Assembly (NCBI GenBank): GCA_964010765.1
Contig: CAXGMD010000050.1
Location: 1-24,831, forward strand
Direction: 5' to 3'
Source: an uncultured bacterium
GTDB taxonomy: Bacteria > SAR324 > NAC60-12
Length of the DNA: 24,831 nt
Below, one piece after another: positions 12,336 to 20,829 of this stretch (positions are counted from its first letter, which is position 1; every line of letters starts with the position of its first letter). Position numbers and translations under genes: made by a program. The notes under the pieces were generated by a model, which was given only the letters and a program-made list of their open reading frames with translations, was not told the origin of the DNA and searched no databases.

Positions 12336-13459
12336 TCAATGCGCAATGGCATGATGACAGCGAGGTATTCTTCATCATCTGCGGCCCTGATCACGCTCGG
12401 GCTCATTGGGTTCTTGCACTCTAGCTTGACTCGCTCAGTCTGGATTACTCCCAGCGCATCCAACAGATAGCGTGAGTTGAACCCCACCTGAAAGTCTTCT
12501 CCGCTATAATCCGCTTCCATTTCGTCGCTAACTTCCCCATATTCGGCCTTTTCGCTCTCTAGCCTTAGCTTCCCCTCGGTCAAGGTTAATTTGACCGGCT
12601 TGAGCTTTTCATAGCTGATAGAAGAGACAATCCGCAGTGCGCTGACCAAACGTTCACGATCAACAATGGCTACCAGATGATTATCCTTGGGAATGATCGG
12701 ATCACAATTGGGGAACTTCCCCTCAATCAATCGAGTCTTGAAAGAAACCTGGCTACCAACAAACTGCATCACACGGTCATCGAAGCTGATCGTGACCTCT
12801 TCTCCGAAAAGTTCGATGGCCTTACGAATCTCTCCTAACGCCTTGCGAGGAATGATTACATCAGAAACAGACTCAAAGGATGCAGACTCGACTCCCTTGA
12901 GCACTTGTGCTAAGCGGTGGCCATCTGTTGCCAACCACCTTGTCAGGTTTCCTTCCTTCGAAGAAAGGTTCACCCCCATCAAGTTTTTGCGGGATTCGTT
13001 GGTTTGTGAAGCGAACAGTGTCATGTCAATGCACTGCTTAAGATCCTGGGATGGTAGCGTTAGCGACTCTGACAACTGCTCCAACTCAGTTTGTGGATAA
13101 AGACCTACTTCCACCAAAGGTAGGCGCATCTCAGAAGCTCCACTTGTGATATGCACCCAGTGCTGCTCCGTCGAGCGGATGCGAATATCATTGCCCTGAA
13201 ACTCCCGACAGATGTCGTAGACCTTCTTTGCATTCACACAAATACTTCCGGCTTGAATCACTTCTGCTGGGAAGTGTTCGATGATGGAAATTTCATAGTC
13301 CGTTGCTGAGAACTCAGCTTCGTTATGATCTCCATCTTCTCCTGAAACAGTTCTTAGTAGAAAGTTTGAGAGAATCGGTTTGGAAGCACTCTTGTCAATG
13401 ATGGAAATGATGTTCTGAAGAGCGCTACGAAGAACTTCCTGTTGAATTAGAATTTCCAT
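12329..13459 (-). CDS. dnaN: DNA polymerase III beta sliding clamp
   Basis: PILSNFLL, ATDYE, ATDGHRLA, IIPRKAL, RLIEGKFP, GFNSRYLLDAL, C-terminal VIMPLRI; 376 aa. Confidence 0.96.
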   Translation of the reverse strand: MEILIQQEVLRSALQNIISIIDKSASKPILSNFLLRTVSGEDGDHNEAEFSATDYEISIIEHFPAEVIQAGSICVNAKKVYDICREFQGNDIRIRSTEQHWVHITSGASEMRLPLVEVGLYPQTELEQLSESLTLPSQDLKQCIDMTLFASQTNESRKNLMGVNLSSKEGNLTRWLATDGHRLAQVLKGVESASFESVSDVIIPRKALGEIRKAIELFGEEVTISFDDRVMQFVGSQVSFKTRLIEGKFPNCDPIIPKDNHLVAIVDRERLVSALRIVSSISYEKLKPVKLTLTEGKLRLESEKAEYGEVSDEMEADYSGEDFQVGFNSRYLLDALGVIQTERVKLECKNPMSPSVIRAADDEEYLAVIMPLRIEW

Positions 13460-13783
13460 ATTTTTTTATAGTCGTAGTAGTAGTCTGTCGAAAACCTGTC
13501 GAAAACCTGTCGACTGGCTTGAAATGATTCAGCTTTTATAGCTTTTTGGGGTTGTCGAAAACTTGTTCAAACTTGTCGAAAACTTGGGGAGTGTAGCAAT
13601 AAGAACAAACAATGAACAGGTTTTCGACAAGTTATCGACAGGTTTTGGAAAGATTGTCGAAAACCTGTTCAAAACTAATCTAAACTACTGAAACTAGATA
13701 GTTTTTAGATTAAATTTCAAGAGATTCAGATAAACTGCCTGTCGAAAACTTGTCGAAAACCTGTCGACTGGCTTGAAATGATT
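13460..13783. other. oriC: Probable chromosomal replication origin (oriC) with variant DnaA boxes TTTTCGACA
   Basis: T-tract 13461-13467; DnaA-trio run TAG-TCG-TAG-TAG-TAG 13469-13483; TGTCGAAAA at 13486, 13497, 13553, 13574, 13655, 13740, 13751; TTTTCGACA at 13621; TTATCGACA at 13632; immediately upstream of dnaN. Confidence 0.82.
13485..13783 (+). repeat. 45-bp direct repeat (13485-13529 and 13739-13783, 1 mismatch)
   Basis: CTGTCGAAAAC(C/T)TGTCGAAAACCTGTCGACTGGCTTGAAATGATT at both ends of the intergenic region. Confidence 0.92.
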
Positions 13784-14608
13784 TCATTTTTTGAAAAATG
13801 AAAATACTTCTTCTTGGTTCAGTGCTGTGATCAATGGGAATGCACCAACATCCTCTAGCAGGTGTATCAGAGTCCCACGTTCTTCAATCGGAGTTGAGTG
13901 GGCACCAATGAAACGAATGGCATCATCTGGAGACCATTGCTTGACAAGTTGTTGTGCAGCTATTCTATTTGGATTGATCAAGAATGGTTCAATACTGATG
14001 TCCTCCAGAGCTTCCAAAAATAGATTTTCTCGCCAGCCGTAGTGTGTGCAGCCAAGCACAACAATCACTTTTCCCGGAGAAAGTGGTGGATTGGCACCGC
14101 TCAGGAATAGTCGGATATTTTCGATTATCCGAGTTCCAGTTACATCAGAAGAGATCATGTCTGCTAAACCCGGACAGGCAATCGACCGTGTATCTGGTAG
14201 CAGTTGATCGTACACTTTGGAAGAGATTGTAGTCGGTGTTGCCAAAATAAGTAATCTGGAATATCCAAATTCCTTTGCTTTTTCAAGAACAGCTTTGCGT
14301 GTCAACTCAAGCATTCCCTGAATGGGTATTTCAGGAAGCTTAATTTCTGGTAGCAGTGCTGAGAGAGTGTGGCAGGCAACAAAGATATGATCAGGTTGGT
14401 AACTGTCTGCAAGGCGGTGTAGGAAAGTTTGAAAGACTTCCTGCTTTTCAGCTAATGACTCCATTGAGTTGTAGCTGCGTCGAGGATCAGGGGCTGCGTT
14501 GACGTAGAGTAATTCTGTATTTTTTGCTGTGGGACCAGTGGGAGCTTTCAGTAGATCAGCGCAGACAGACAGCCCTCCCAGACCTGAATCAGTGACTACT
14601 AGACGCAT
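13784..14608 (-). CDS. Aspartate/glutamate racemase family protein (MurI-like, divergent)
   Basis: DSGLGGLSV; both catalytic Cys motifs VACHT and LGCTHY; ILATPTT; IACPGLADMI. Confidence 0.82.
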   Translation of the reverse strand: MRLVVTDSGLGGLSVCADLLKAPTGPTAKNTELLYVNAAPDPRRSYNSMESLAEKQEVFQTFLHRLADSYQPDHIFVACHTLSALLPEIKLPEIPIQGMLELTRKAVLEKAKEFGYSRLLILATPTTISSKVYDQLLPDTRSIACPGLADMISSDVTGTRIIENIRLFLSGANPPLSPGKVIVVLGCTHYGWRENLFLEALEDISIEPFLINPNRIAAQQLVKQWSPDDAIRFIGAHSTPIEERGTLIHLLEDVGAFPLITALNQEEVFSFFKK

Positions 14609-14618
14609 GGAAGTAGCT

Positions 14619-15662
14619 TCAGCACCGATTGTTGAAAAGATAGTGCGAGATCAGCCACTCATTTCCACCACGAAATCCCCATACTTCCGAAGTCGCCAGG
14701 AAGAACATCCGCCAACGCTGGAACCAGACATCGGCATCTTTGCCGTAAGTCTCACGAAAGGTTTGTAGAATTTCTCCCTTCTGTGAATCCATCATCTGTA
14801 ACCAGGCATCAGCTGTTCGTTGATAGTGAACGCCACTCAGAACCCAGTGCTGTTCTAACAATAGGTCTTTCTGGAAATAGAGTAGCAGATCGTTGGAGGG
14901 CATGATTCCACCTGTGAAGAAGTAGCGTCCCATCCAATTGGAATCTCCTTCGGAGGAAAAAGCATAGGCATAACGACGGTGGCTGAAGATATGGATGAAG
15001 AGTTTTCCTTCTGGTTTCAGCCAATCAGAAATTCTTTCCAACAGTGACTGCCAGTTGCGCATGTGCTCAAACATTTCTACTGAGACAACGCGATCAAAGT
15101 GCTGTTCAGTAGTGAAGTCGTTCATGTCGCAGGTTTGTACACTCAGGTTCGTCAAACCCAACTCCTGGGCACGTGACTCAATAAATTCACGCTGAGGCCG
15201 AGAATTCGAAACAGCCAAAATTGAAGAATTTGGATAATGCTTTGCCATCCACAAGGAGAGAGAGCCCCAACCACAACCAAGCTCGAGAATCTGTTGACCA
15301 TCCTGCAACTGCGCTCTCTCACAAGTTAGAGCCAGCATGGAGGCTTCAGCGTGCTCTAATTCTGTAACACCCTCAGGAAAATGACAGCAGCTGTACTTGA
15401 GATGTGGCCCTAAGACTAATTCAAAGAATTGCGGAGGTAGCTCATAGTGTTGCTCGTTTGCTTCTTGAGTGTGCAGAGCAATTGGACTCTGTCGCATCTC
15501 CTCAACAAACGTCATCATTGCTTGCCATTCCTGATCTGGACCCTCCTGCGCTTGCTCTCGAAGGCGCTGCAGTAACAACAGACGAATGCCAGCACGAGTC
15601 AGCAAATCCGGAATACGACCGTTTTCGACGAGTTCAATCAGGGAACGCAAGAGCATGGACAA
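14619..15662 (-). CDS. SAM-dependent methyltransferase, cyclopropane-fatty-acyl synthase-like (CMAS) family
   Basis: ANEQHYELP, LGPHLKYS, ILELGCGWGSL, FDRVVSVEMFEHMRN, YFFTGGIMPS. Start is TTG 15662 or ATG 15656. Confidence 0.88.
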   Translation of the reverse strand: MSMLLRSLIELVENGRIPDLLTRAGIRLLLLQRLREQAQEGPDQEWQAMMTFVEEMRQSPIALHTQEANEQHYELPPQFFELVLGPHLKYSCCHFPEGVTELEHAEASMLALTCERAQLQDGQQILELGCGWGSLSLWMAKHYPNSSILAVSNSRPQREFIESRAQELGLTNLSVQTCDMNDFTTEQHFDRVVSVEMFEHMRNWQSLLERISDWLKPEGKLFIHIFSHRRYAYAFSSEGDSNWMGRYFFTGGIMPSNDLLLYFQKDLLLEQHWVLSGVHYQRTADAWLQMMDSQKGEILQTFRETYGKDADVWFQRWRMFFLATSEVWGFRGGNEWLISHYLFNNRC

Positions 15663-15820
15663 GATACTTTGAAGGTTGAGAATAGTAGACCTTCTCAGCG
15701 TAACTTATGTGGGATAACAGACAAGTGTGGAGAAATTAGCTTACTAAAGTAATTCTAGATAGCTAAATTAGGCGAGAAAGCGTGGGAAGAAAAAGTGCGC
15801 ACAAAGGCGCACAAAAGAGC

Positions 15821-15988
15821 TTACTTGGCGTCGCGACAGTAGTCGTTGTAGGGAAAGCCAATGCTCCCGTCGCAGAAACGACGGAGAATCAGGTACTCAC
15901 CGCTGCAGCCAGTACTTACCAGAACCGTACCCCCCAGTACGAGTCCCAGCACCAGCTTGCGGAAGAGCCGCTGTCGGAAGATGTGCAT
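15821..15988 (-). CDS. Small predicted lipoprotein (55 aa)
   Basis: GAGGTG RBS then ATG at 15988. MHIFRQRLFRKLVLGLVLGGTVLVSTGC has a basic n-region, hydrophobic h-region and lipobox-like STG-C. Confidence 0.6.
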   Translation of the reverse strand: MHIFRQRLFRKLVLGLVLGGTVLVSTGCSGEYLILRRFCDGSIGFPYNDYCRDAK

Positions 15989-16062
15989 GGACACCTCATA
16001 ATCGAATGGAAGCAAGAGAAACAGACACAATAGAAGGGTATCAATTTTTGTGCCCCAAGTCA

Positions 16063-17580
16063 TCAAGGGTCAGCACACACACGAAAACCCAGATAGTCCT
16101 GCCTCATTTCTGGTGGGTTACCACCTCTTTGCCAAAGTTCAAGAGATTCTGGTTGATTTCGATAGCTCCCACCGCGAACTGTTCGCAATCTCCCCTCTTT
16201 AGGGCCACTCGGTCGGGTGACTGTTTCTGGTACTAGAGGCGCATAATAGTCTTGAACCCATTCCCAAAGATTTCCCTGCATATCGAAGAGTCCCCAGGTA
16301 TTTGGTTGCTTGCGCTGAACAGGCTGGGGACCTGGTTGAGAAAGATTGCGGCTGTGCCAGGCGTGTTGGTTGAGGCATTTGGCTTCTGTCCCACAACCAA
16401 ATCGTCCTTGTCCCTCAGCTCTGGCGGCATACTCCCATTCCGCCTCCGAGCAAAGTCGGTAATCTCCCGGATAGTGATGACTGAGCCAGCGTGTGTACTC
16501 CTGAGCCTGATCCCAGGAAATATAATTGAGAGGTGCATCAACTCGATCTGGATTTTTCATTGTCCAGTGGCGTGACTCGGTTGGTTCTGAATAACGACAA
16601 GCACCAGCCTCCATACACAATCGATATTCGCCCACAGTGACTTCGTGATTGAGAATGTAATAGATCTGATTCATCGTCACTTGACGCTCTGGTGGTTTGC
16701 CGGGGCTGCCCATCACAAAGCTGCCTGGCCAGATTGGGACCATCCCAGGTGCAAGAGTACGTGTCTCAAAGGACCATTCGTAACGAGCCTCTAGACGGTT
16801 TCCCTGTAAATCTTTGAGTTCGGGTAGTAGCGTTACCCGATACGTCATTCCATACAACCATGGTTGATTCGGAATGAATTTCAGGCTAGTTCCTTCTACC
16901 TGCAAGTTACCCGCTACTGGAAAATTACTAGCCCCTTGGATTGCTTGAATCCTTACCGATTCTTTACTAACCGTCTGAGGATCCAATGGCTGACTTAGAT
17001 AAACATTGATCGATTGGTCAGCCTGAACTTGGGTCTCTCCGTCAGTTGGATTGACCAGTACAACACTGGGAGGCCGCATCAAAGGAGGCGGTGAAGTTAG
17101 GAAGTTCCAGCGTAATTCACTCAGCATCTCTCCGTTCTGGCCACGTAGCGGCTTGAGTAAGCTGACGGTGTAGGAAGTATCGTGAGCGAGTGCAGAATTG
17201 GGAGTGAGTGTAAGACTATTGCCCCTGGTACCTAGACGGAGTGAAATTTGAGTACCTTCGGAATCAGCCAGCGCAAAACTCTCAGCGTTTAGATTTTTGG
17301 AGTCCAGCGGTTGATCAAAGTTGAGTAGGATCAGTGTATCTGGAGAGACCGTGGCGTTGGGAGCTGGAACCAGAGAATTGATGGAGAGTAGCTTTGGTGT
17401 CTGGCTGAACTCTGGAGCCGAGATTGGCTCAGAGAGGGGTTCATTCTGTCTACTGTTCGAGCTTTCACCTGTTGATATAGCAGGAAGTAGCCGTGGGGGA
17501 TTTTCTGATGGTGAGGTCTTGCGTTCACAAGAGATCAAGAAGTAGAGCGACAGGACAAGTAGCAGATGGAACAGCCTCAT
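16063..17580 (-). CDS. Lipoprotein with two Ig-like (Big_5-type) domains and C-terminal formylglycine-generating-enzyme-like (SUMF1/FGE-sulfatase) domain
   Basis: Lipobox LISC; repeats ..P.(P/D)..T.V..D..I...F/L.QPLD ... L.P...L....Y.V.L...W.F.T; GSFVMGS, HEVT, RLCSEAEWEYAARA, PNTWGLFDMQGNLWEW, RGGSY, GFRV. Start ATG 17580 after GAGGGGG. Confidence 0.85.
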   Translation of the reverse strand: MRLFHLLLVLSLYFLISCERKTSPSENPPRLLPAISTGESSNSRQNEPLSEPISAPEFSQTPKLLSINSLVPAPNATVSPDTLILLNFDQPLDSKNLNAESFALADSEGTQISLRLGTRGNSLTLTPNSALAHDTSYTVSLLKPLRGQNGEMLSELRWNFLTSPPPLMRPPSVVLVNPTDGETQVQADQSINVYLSQPLDPQTVSKESVRIQAIQGASNFPVAGNLQVEGTSLKFIPNQPWLYGMTYRVTLLPELKDLQGNRLEARYEWSFETRTLAPGMVPIWPGSFVMGSPGKPPERQVTMNQIYYILNHEVTVGEYRLCMEAGACRYSEPTESRHWTMKNPDRVDAPLNYISWDQAQEYTRWLSHHYPGDYRLCSEAEWEYAARAEGQGRFGCGTEAKCLNQHAWHSRNLSQPGPQPVQRKQPNTWGLFDMQGNLWEWVQDYYAPLVPETVTRPSGPKEGRLRTVRGGSYRNQPESLELWQRGGNPPEMRQDYLGFRVCADP

Positions 17581-17638
17581 GATCCCCCCTCGGACAAACA
17601 GCAACGATTGGGGTGGTTGGTGCTGAAAGATAGCGAGA

Positions 17639-18850
17639 CTAACGACCGAGCAATTGATTCATGTTCAGCATCGGTAGCAAGACAGACAGCGCAATGAAGC
17701 CGACAATTCCACCCATCAATACAATCATAGTTGGTTGCAGCAGAGCCGTCAGACCCTCCAACAATCTACTTACTTCTTCCTGCATACGGTTTGCCACACG
17801 TTCTAACAACTCATCAACACGGGCTGCTTCTTCTCCAATAGCCACAACGTGCTGGACATAGTCCGGGAAGTAACCCGTTCGACCCATCGCTGCCGAAAGT
17901 GGGATTCCCTTGTTGTTGACCTCAATGATCATCTTGTTTAGTTGCTCAATCAGCAGTTGATTGACAACCACGTGTCGTGAAATTTCCAGAGCAGTCTTCA
18001 AATCCACTCCACTTCCAAGCAGGGTTCCGAGAGTTTGACAAAAACGAGCGATCAGTACCTTCTGCATCAGGGGACCAATCAGCGGTGCTTTCAGTTGCAG
18101 TTGTTGGAGAACTTTCTTGCCAAACTCGCTACGTAGAAAAGCTGAGAAACCGAAAATCAGGATTATCAACCCAATCAATACAAGGTACCAAGAGTGAACC
18201 ATGAAATCGCTGAGGCCCATTAAAATTCTGGTGGGCAAGGGTAGCAGGGTTCCTTTGCTGGCAAAAATCTGGGTGATCTTGGGCACGATGTAAGTGACCA
18301 TAAAGACAACCACCAGCAATGAAAAAACCAGCATGAAGGCTGGGTAGATCATTGCTGATTTCAGTCTACCTCGCAGACGTTCTTGAGTTTCGTAGTAATC
18401 GGCAAGCCGTTTGAGAATTGTACCTAGGTTGCCACTGTTCTCTCCTGAACGAATCATGCTGACATACATCTCAGGAAAGATTTTTGGGTACAGCTGCAGC
18501 GCATCCGCCAAGGATCCCCCTTCAACAACACGTGCTCGGACTTCGGCCAGGATTTCCTTAAATCCCACGTTTTCGGTCTGCTCAATGATGAGTTGTAGGG
18601 CCTTGTCGTAAGGAATTGTAGCGTCCATCAACACCTCGAACTGTCGAGTGAAGAGAGTCAACGCTCGCTTGTAATTGGTTCCACGTTTTGGGAGGAAGGA
18701 ACGACTGGTGTTGCGGGAAACCCGAATTTCCTTGGGATAGAGCTGCTGAGAGCGTAATCGCTGGCGCAGGTCACTCTCGCTAACAGCATCTTCAGAACCC
18801 TTGCGCAGAACTCCAGCCTGGTCGAAAGCTTGGTACTGGTAGAGTGGCAT
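17639..18850 (-). CDS. gspF: Type II secretion system inner-membrane platform protein F
   Basis: MPLYQYQA, LFTRQ, VVEGGSLADAL, GENSGNL..IL.RLADYYE, AMIYP, LPLPTRIL, IGEE, LLQP, VLLPML; neighbours gspM/N favour GspF over PilC. Confidence 0.88.
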   Translation of the reverse strand: MPLYQYQAFDQAGVLRKGSEDAVSESDLRQRLRSQQLYPKEIRVSRNTSRSFLPKRGTNYKRALTLFTRQFEVLMDATIPYDKALQLIIEQTENVGFKEILAEVRARVVEGGSLADALQLYPKIFPEMYVSMIRSGENSGNLGTILKRLADYYETQERLRGRLKSAMIYPAFMLVFSLLVVVFMVTYIVPKITQIFASKGTLLPLPTRILMGLSDFMVHSWYLVLIGLIILIFGFSAFLRSEFGKKVLQQLQLKAPLIGPLMQKVLIARFCQTLGTLLGSGVDLKTALEISRHVVVNQLLIEQLNKMIIEVNNKGIPLSAAMGRTGYFPDYVQHVVAIGEEAARVDELLERVANRMQEEVSRLLEGLTALLQPTMIVLMGGIVGFIALSVLLPMLNMNQLLGR

Positions 18851-18859
18851 GGTCGAGTC

Positions 18860-19897
18860 TCAACGAGAGTTACGGTGGGGTTGAATCTGATATTTCCAAA
18901 CAGCACGCTGATGCTCCCGCAGGGTACGAGAGAATGCACTACTACCGTCTCCTCGTGCAACGAAATAAAGATATTTCACACTGGCAGGCTGCAATGCGCT
19001 ATGAAGAGAGTCCCAACCGGGGTTACTGATGGGCGTTGGAGGTAAACCCTTTTCTGTATAAGTGTTGAACGGTGTTGGGGTCTCTAAGTGTTTCCGTGTG
19101 AGATTGCCATCGAAATTTGAAATCCCATAGATTACTGTTGGATCACTCTGCATCTTCATCCCCAAGCGTAAGCGGTTATGAAAAACCCCGGCAATCAGCG
19201 GACGATCCTCTGCTGTTCCCGTTTCTTTCTCAATCATTGACGCAAGGATCAAGAGTTGATGGTCGCTCAGCTTCTTACCCCCTTCAGCCGGAGTTTCTGA
19301 GCGTAACTGGGTAAAACGATTATTGAATTCCTGAATCATCAGGCCTAGGATTTCACGTTCGCTACTCTCTTGCGCGATGAAGTAGGTTTCAGGGTAAATA
19401 ACCCCTTCCAAGGTTTTTAAGCCTTGAATTCCTGATAGCTTGCGTAGTGTAGAATCTGTAAAAAGTTCATCGTACCGATCAGCTTGACCAAGACCCTGTT
19501 CCACAAGGCGGGCTGTAGCTTGTTGGTAGCTCAGGCCTTCCGGGATGGTGACACGAACTTGCAGGCCACTGCCAGAAACAAGGTGGTTGAGGAGTGCAGC
19601 ATGGTTCCAGCGAGGATCTAGCTGAAATTCTCCGGCTTGTAATCGGTGGTGCTGTCCGTTGAGGCGAGCGAGAAATTCAAACCAGAGAGGTTGTTGAATC
19701 AGGTTGGCTTCTCGGAGTTGCTGAACCACTTGGGAGAAGTTGCTTCCGCGCTCGATGCGTACCCGGATGGGTTCATCACCCTGGCCGATTGGAAGGTTCC
19801 AAAGCCAGATCAGGTTAAGAGTTAACAGTAAGAGCCCTAGCAGCAGCCCAATACGTTTTCTAGCGAATCCCCCAAACAGCATTCCTGGTCGCTTCAT
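18860..19897 (-). CDS. mltG: Endolytic transglycosylase MltG (YceG)
   Basis: LQAGEF, VTIPEG, LEGVIYPETY, ILASMIEKE, VFHNRL..GMKMQSDPTVIY, PFNTY..KGLPPTPISNPG, YLYFVA. Confidence 0.94.
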   Translation of the reverse strand: MKRPGMLFGGFARKRIGLLLGLLLLTLNLIWLWNLPIGQGDEPIRVRIERGSNFSQVVQQLREANLIQQPLWFEFLARLNGQHHRLQAGEFQLDPRWNHAALLNHLVSGSGLQVRVTIPEGLSYQQATARLVEQGLGQADRYDELFTDSTLRKLSGIQGLKTLEGVIYPETYFIAQESSEREILGLMIQEFNNRFTQLRSETPAEGGKKLSDHQLLILASMIEKETGTAEDRPLIAGVFHNRLRLGMKMQSDPTVIYGISNFDGNLTRKHLETPTPFNTYTEKGLPPTPISNPGWDSLHSALQPASVKYLYFVARGDGSSAFSRTLREHQRAVWKYQIQPHRNSR

Positions 19898-20814
19898 GTG
19901 CAGCGGTTCCGAAAAGGCGGAGAGATTTGCCGGAAGGTTCCTCGTATCTTGACATCAAAGAAGTCCCCACAGCGAAACCCTTGTAGCATCATTGTCAATG
20001 GTCCCAGTTGATCCTGGAGCTTTTGCGACAACCGCACTTTCAGATCCAGATCAATTCTCGATTCCAAGAGGTTTCTTTCGTTGAGACGGATATTGCCGGT
20101 AACGCTTCCTTCCAGATCACCATTCAGAGTCAGTTGACTGATCTCGATCAACTGCTGTTGCATTGAGATCGCATACGACACTTCTGGTAGATTCAATTCA
20201 GTAATAGAGAGTCCGTTGAGCAGTGGATGTTCCTGATTTAGGCGAAATCGGAAGTCTGTCATGGAACCCTGCAAGGTGCCAATGGGTAGAGACTGCTGTC
20301 TTCTTTGCAACTGTGCCAGGTTCTTGATCTCACCATCAAGCGACATGACCCCTGCTGGAAAGCCAAAGGGGAGAGTATTGGCCAGCGGTACTTGTTGCAG
20401 CATCAACTCATCCAAAGAGATATTCAGGGTGTTCATCCCAGGCAGATCAAATGCAAGCTTGAGATCAGACTGATAGAGTTGGGCCTGTACCCAGAATTGC
20501 TGAAATTGCAGAATGGGCAGGAAAGGCAGTGTTACTTGATCCAGTTGGGCTAGGGTTTCCAACGGAAGCATCCAAAGCTGTGGAGGGCGTGGAAAAGTAA
20601 CTGAAGGAGTAGAGAGGTGGGTCCATTCCAGTTGGAGTGGATCGATCTCAAGCTGGAGGCCTGCTTGGCGTCGAGCTTGTGACTCTATATAGTTGGCAAC
20701 GGCTTCTCCAGGAAATTGCTGACGAAAGCCGGCGAGCAGTGCCACAACCAGCAGTACCAGGACGGCAATGAATGCTAGTAGAACCTTGAGGATTAGCAGC
20801 GGTAGACGTTGCAA
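19894..20814 (-). CDS. gspN: Probable type II secretion system protein N (deltaproteobacterial type)
   Basis: N-terminal TM followed by FP.E, beta-rich body, C-terminal IRGTFRQI motif; directly downstream of the gspM-like gene; TTG start. Confidence 0.62.
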   Translation of the reverse strand: MQRLPLLILKVLLAFIAVLVLLVVALLAGFRQQFPGEAVANYIESQARRQAGLQLEIDPLQLEWTHLSTPSVTFPRPPQLWMLPLETLAQLDQVTLPFLPILQFQQFWVQAQLYQSDLKLAFDLPGMNTLNISLDELMLQQVPLANTLPFGFPAGVMSLDGEIKNLAQLQRRQQSLPIGTLQGSMTDFRFRLNQEHPLLNGLSITELNLPEVSYAISMQQQLIEISQLTLNGDLEGSVTGNIRLNERNLLESRIDLDLKVRLSQKLQDQLGPLTMMLQGFRCGDFFDVKIRGTFRQISPPFRNRCT

Positions 20815-20829
20815 GCAGGCCTTTGCAGA

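Noticed and set aside
13092..13100. Perfect canonical DnaA box TGTGGATAA
   Set aside because: Single copy inside the dnaN coding sequence (codons L-Y-P-Q); could be chance and is not a cluster.
13485..13783. Repeats upstream of dnaN as a CRISPR array or plasmid iterons
   Set aside because: Units are 9-11 bp in both orientations with no regular unique spacers, and there is no cas or rep gene; trios and position fit oriC.
16063..16200. FGE-sulfatase C-terminus as a diversity-generating retroelement target
   Set aside because: No template repeat or reverse transcriptase seen in the window; a remote DGR cannot be excluded.
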